Source of the DNA: Candidatus Poribacteria bacterium
GTDB lineage: Bacteria; Poribacteria; WGA-4E; PCPOR2b
DNA length: 64,000 nucleotides
Assembly: GCA_965218095.1 (NCBI GenBank)
Contig: OZ244587.1
Coordinates: forward strand, 4,064,001 to 4,128,000
Direction: 5' to 3'
A program made the translations under genes and the position numbers. Positions 60,766 to 64,000 of this stretch are shown piece after piece. The notes under the pieces are model-generated. The model saw only the letters and a list, made by a program, of their open reading frames with translations. It was not told where the DNA came from and did no database searches. Position 1 is the stretch's first letter; every line of letters starts with the position of its first letter.

Positions 60766-61584
60766 TCACAAATCACAAATCAAACATGGTTTCTCGTCGT
60801 CTTCATCATCAAGAACATCACCGAAAATTTCAATTAACGAGCGATTAGGTTGGGACTTTTTTTCTTGTGCCATTGCCTTCGCATAATTTTCCTTAATCTG
60901 CTGTTCCCGCTTAGGATCGGCCAGATCTTCTAAACTTTCACCTTGACTCCAAGTGTACCTCTCACCTGTTTTATCATTAAATTTCTCATAACCCTTGGCG
61001 AGTTCAAAGAGTTCGGGGTGGTTATCTTTCAACCCAATCCACTCCGCTTTGCGTTGGTAGAAACAGAAGTAGCACCCGGAGCGTGTTCGCCACTTGTAAT
61101 ACTCTGGTAAGCCGAGACCGCTCTCCTCCAAAATCCGATAGACATCTTTCTCGGTGATGCCGTCCTCTTTGAACGGATATTTGGGTTCGATATTTCGGAG
61201 TTCAACGTTCTTGAGGGGTTTATAGCCAACGCGGTCTTCATCGGCGCGGATGGCGATGTAGTTGTAAGCCTGATCCTCACCGACAAATTCCTCGAAGGGT
61301 TTGATTTTCAGCAGCCGTGTACACCAACGCACCTGCGCTGACGGTAGCAAGCCGCCGAAGACCGAAAGCCAGTGGTCAAATTCGCGCCCGGCGTTTAACC
61401 GTTCAATTTTTTTCCCTAAAAAGGCTTCCAACCGATCGAGAAATTCATACGTCTCCGGCAACTCTTTTCCCGTATCGCAGAAAGCGTATTCCATCCCCGG
61501 CACTTTGTCCCGCATGTAAATAGCGAGTGCTGAACTATCTTTACCTCCGGAAAGACCGAGGATATGGCGTATTTTGGGCTTCAT
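60766..61584 (-). CDS. sspD: PAPS-reductase-family protein, SspD/BrxP-like (DNA phosphorothioation)
   Basis: PP-loop LGLSGGKDSSALA, FCDTG.ELPETY, RWCT..LKIKPF, IRADE.R, LGLP.YY.WR.RSGCYFCFYQRK.EW, terminal C..C. Start assigned to MKPK after CAGGAGG; the ORF track starts at 61611. Confidence 0.8.
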   Translation of the reverse strand: MKPKIRHILGLSGGKDSSALAIYMRDKVPGMEYAFCDTGKELPETYEFLDRLEAFLGKKIERLNAGREFDHWLSVFGGLLPSAQVRWCTRLLKIKPFEEFVGEDQAYNYIAIRADEDRVGYKPLKNVELRNIEPKYPFKEDGITEKDVYRILEESGLGLPEYYKWRTRSGCYFCFYQRKAEWIGLKDNHPELFELAKGYEKFNDKTGERYTWSQGESLEDLADPKREQQIKENYAKAMAQEKKSQPNRSLIEIFGDVLDDEDDEKPCLICDL

Positions 61585-61732
61585 GTTTGCCTCCTGATGG
61601 ACAGTTTTCAATTGAGTTGGCTTACATCCTCGTACATTTGGAAATTGATGCCGATTAGAACCTGTTTTAAAAACCCCAGTTTCTACTTGAAAAACACCGT
61701 TGAGAAATGCTCGGAAGTTGCATACTTTTCAT

Positions 61733-61857
61733 ACTTTTTCGAGGAAACGGGAAGAGACGAAAAAGGAAGGAAGGGTAGGCACAAGACCTACCCCTACATT
61801 CCTTCCATTCTTTCTAGTCGCTTCAGAAGATAACCTTAAAACTGAAACTTGCCTAAG
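61733..61857. repeat. ~125-bp direct repeat, copy 1
   Basis: ACTTTTTCGAGGAAACGGGAAGA.ACGAAAAAGGAAGGAAGGGTAGGCACAAGACCTACCCCTACATTCCTTCC...CTTCAGAAGATAA, repeated at 62276-62399. Confidence 0.92.
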
Positions 61858-62053
61858 AAGTCTTTAGATGGCAACGTGGGGTTCCGAGTAACTTTCCGAG
61901 GTCCTTCCCGTGCAAACCCCTCAGAACTCAGTTATAGCCTGAGTTATCACCCTTTTTTGTCTCTATCAAATTCTCGCATTTACTCTGAAAACTCTGAAAC
62001 TTTCAAACATCTCTCAATAAGATTTACCACTGTCGCTCGTTCTTTTTTAGATA

Positions 62054-62275
62054 TGGGACTTACGCACTTCAGTAGGGAACAACTCTCGGACTCTCGGTCG
62101 TAGACCGGATGATCGTCGTTCCCTACGAAACAGAACCGGCGCCTAAGGACTTACTGTAGTTGCCCGATTCATCGGGCGTTGGGAGTTGTCCTATGTGGCG
62201 ATGAGCCGCCGAACTACCCCCCCTGATAAGGGAGGCAGGGGGGTTGGCTTCGAGCGTTCAACTGCGTAAGTCCCA
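62054..62275. mobile_element. MITE with GGACTTACGCA terminal inverted repeats, copy 3, carrying GTAG-REP doublets
   Basis: TGGGACTTACGCACTTCA ... TTCAACTGCGTAAGTCCCA; internal GTAGGGAAC..GTTCCCTAC and GTAGTTGCCCGATTCATCGGGCG...GGCGATGAGCCGCCGAACTAC. Confidence 0.8.
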
Positions 62276-62399
62276 ACTTTTTCGAGGAAACGGGAAGATA
62301 CGAAAAAGGAAGGAAGGGTAGGCACAAGACCTACCCCTACATTCCTTCCATTCTTCCTAGTCGCTTCAGAAGATAAATTTAAGCCTGAAAGTTGCTAAG
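62276..62399. repeat. ~125-bp direct repeat, copy 2
   Basis: Near-identical to 61733-61857. Confidence 0.92.
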
Positions 62400-62571
62400 C
62401 CGTGTTCACTATTAAATTTACGTGACTTTCATAGGAGAAGATGACTTTTCAAACAGGCTCTTACAGTTTATAGCCGCTTTCTTCCATCCTTCCATCCTTC
62501 CAGTCTTATCCCTTTCACATCTTGCTCATATTGTAACACCATCTGTTAAATTATGCACTCCCCTTATTCAC

Positions 62572-64000
62572 CTATTCCTCAAGCCGTTCCATCAACTTCT
62601 GTGAGATTCGTGCGAGGACTGCAAGGCGAAGTTCAGGGTTGCCATCTACGCCAAAGGACTCAAAAACTTGCTCGATTGCACGCTCGATTTCGTCTGCTTG
62701 CGCTTCGGCGGTTGGTGGCAGAGTAATAACCCGTTCTTGCTCTGGTGAGGAGAGGGTAGTGATGCCAACCCGAATCACCTGACCTGGGCTGTCAGAAGAT
62801 TTTTCAGATCGCTCCTGTCGTTCAAATGAGACCGCTTCAAAACGATGAAACCTTCTCGCGAGTTCAGAAAGGTTCATTTCAAAATGGGCTTTATCTGAGT
62901 CGTTCCACGATGCCGGGGGTTTTTGGGCAATATACGTCCCAATTGCCTCAAGCCATCCTTTGAAATCTAGCCCTTTGTCACAGACTCGGATGAAAAATCC
63001 TTTGAGTTTCGTCTCAATCGTCAAATCAAACAGTGCCTGGGCTCCCCTAAGCAGTTCAACGCGGTTTTCCTCACCATTCCCTTTCAAGGAAAATGCTGAA
63101 ACGAGCAGTTGTTCGATAAAATTTAGTAGGTCATCATAAGCCCTCGCCAATTCGGACAACGCGCCGCGCAAAGTTTTGAAGAATTCATCAACTGCCGTTG
63201 AATCGGTCTCCGCTGATGGACCGAACGCCGGAAAGCCGAGGGCTTGGGGCAACTGTTCAAAGAGGAGTGCGTCCGGTTCTCGCGCATCGGTGATGGTTTT
63301 ACGAAAGGAGATCGCGGCGTCGCTTAGTTCCTGCGTAGCATCGTATAACGAGGCAGTTTGGCGATAAAGCGTATGAGCGGCTTAACAACTTCTAGCAGAT
63401 TTGGATGACCTGTCGTCCCTCGCGGTTGAGAAAGCAGCCCTGTAAATTGCTCAAACACCTCTGCTCGAATACCGTCAATCCGAAAACGCTTGAGTTCAAA
63501 TTTCTCAGGAGACTTAATCAACCGTTCAAAAACCGCGATTGAGATATCCGCGACAAAGGAAGCTTCTTCGTACAGCGCGATTTCCGCCTCGTAATGAAGC
63601 AGAACCGCGCATAAAAGGATGGGCAACGGGCCACTTCTCAAACCGAAGGGCGGTTTTTCCAAGCGTTCATAGAGTTTTACAACGGACTGACGTTCAACTT
63701 CGCATTCGCTAAGAAATCCCTCGACGGCTAACCAAGTGGCAGAGATTCGGTTTTTATCATCGGTTTTCGGTGGATGAAACCCCCAAACCCCCGAAACGCA
63801 ACGGTGTATCCCGGTATCGAACAGTAAGGAGAGGTAAATGCTCATTTCGGGTGGATAGCTGTTGATACCTAGTTTTTCTTGCTGTTGGGAATTCAGCATC
63901 CCTGCAATGAGTTTCCGTCTCGCGGACGACGCTTGTGAGGAGATTTGTCGTCGATTGATGAGTTCGTTGCGTAGGATTGGCGTTGCGTGATAAACCTCAT
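62572..64000 (-). pseudogene. sspC: C-terminal part of an SspC-like large ATP-binding protein, with a 1-nt frameshift near 63331 (5' end outside the window)
   Basis: TPILRNELINRR.IS.Q...AR..L, LGI..YPPE..IY, PPFGLRSG.LPIL, LP.YT..|T..LS..A..FR..I..AREPD.LLFE.LP.ALG, WLE.I......KPP..W.D.D. These are typical of the ATPase encoded between DUF4007 and PAPS-reductase genes. Confidence 0.75.

Larger units (their letters stand above)
61658..62460. mobile_element. Non-autonomous IS5/IS1031-like element (no transposase) between sspC and sspD
   Basis: Terminal inverted repeats GAACCTGTTTTAAAA / TTTTCAAACAGGCTC (13/15 match), flanked on both sides by TTA (61655-57, 62461-63). Confidence 0.65.

Noticed and set aside
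61733-62399. Possible CRISPR array (direct repeats with an intervening sequence)
   Set aside because: Only two ~125-bp copies separated by ~420 bp; no 25-45-bp repeat/spacer periodicity and no cas genes.
60766-64000. PAPS reductase as sulfate-assimilation CysH, or DndC of a Dnd system
   Set aside because: No cys genes or dndB/D/E nearby. Length, the RSGCYFC motif and the upstream large ATPase fit the SspD/BrxP type. No pglZ or brxL is seen in the window to call BREX type 4.

Overview
Bacterial genomic DNA. The style (enolase-superfamily, Gfo/Idh/MocA and TIM-barrel catabolic genes, many STAS proteins, palindromic intergenic repeats) is reminiscent of Ca. Poribacteria, but that is only an inference. 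Layout: (1) 1-13 kb housekeeping block (aroE, fused indolepyruvate-type 2-oxoacid oxidoreductase, plsC, recN, nadK, DUF368, surE, tyrS) with a relic of a DUF499/DUF1156 defence locus. (2) 13.5-23.5 kb partner-switching signalling cluster: 4 STAS proteins, 2 PP2C/SpoIIE phosphatases, 2 RsbW-like kinases, a 3xPAS hybrid histidine kinase and receiver proteins, with no sigma factor in the window. (3) 24-52 kb amino-sugar recycling (BadF-type kinase + murQ), a partly decayed catabolic cluster, RNase P RNA, a ferredoxin, a PotD-like protein and many gene fragments. (4) 52.6-54.2 kb nested IS5/IS1595 remnants. (5) 55.7-64 kb AT-richer defence island, all on the minus strand: SspC-like ATPase (frameshifted), SspD-like PAPS reductase, GHKL ATPase-PD-(D/E)xK nuclease fusion, sulfur-binding-domain HNH nuclease, Schlafen/AlbA_2 protein and a truncated DUF6884 gene. 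The best candidate for an undescribed system is this Ssp-type DNA phosphorothioation writer followed by a non-canonical effector set. The intergenic DNA also contains several MITE/REP-like inverted-repeat families, some of them nested. All family calls come from motif recognition by eye, not from database searches.
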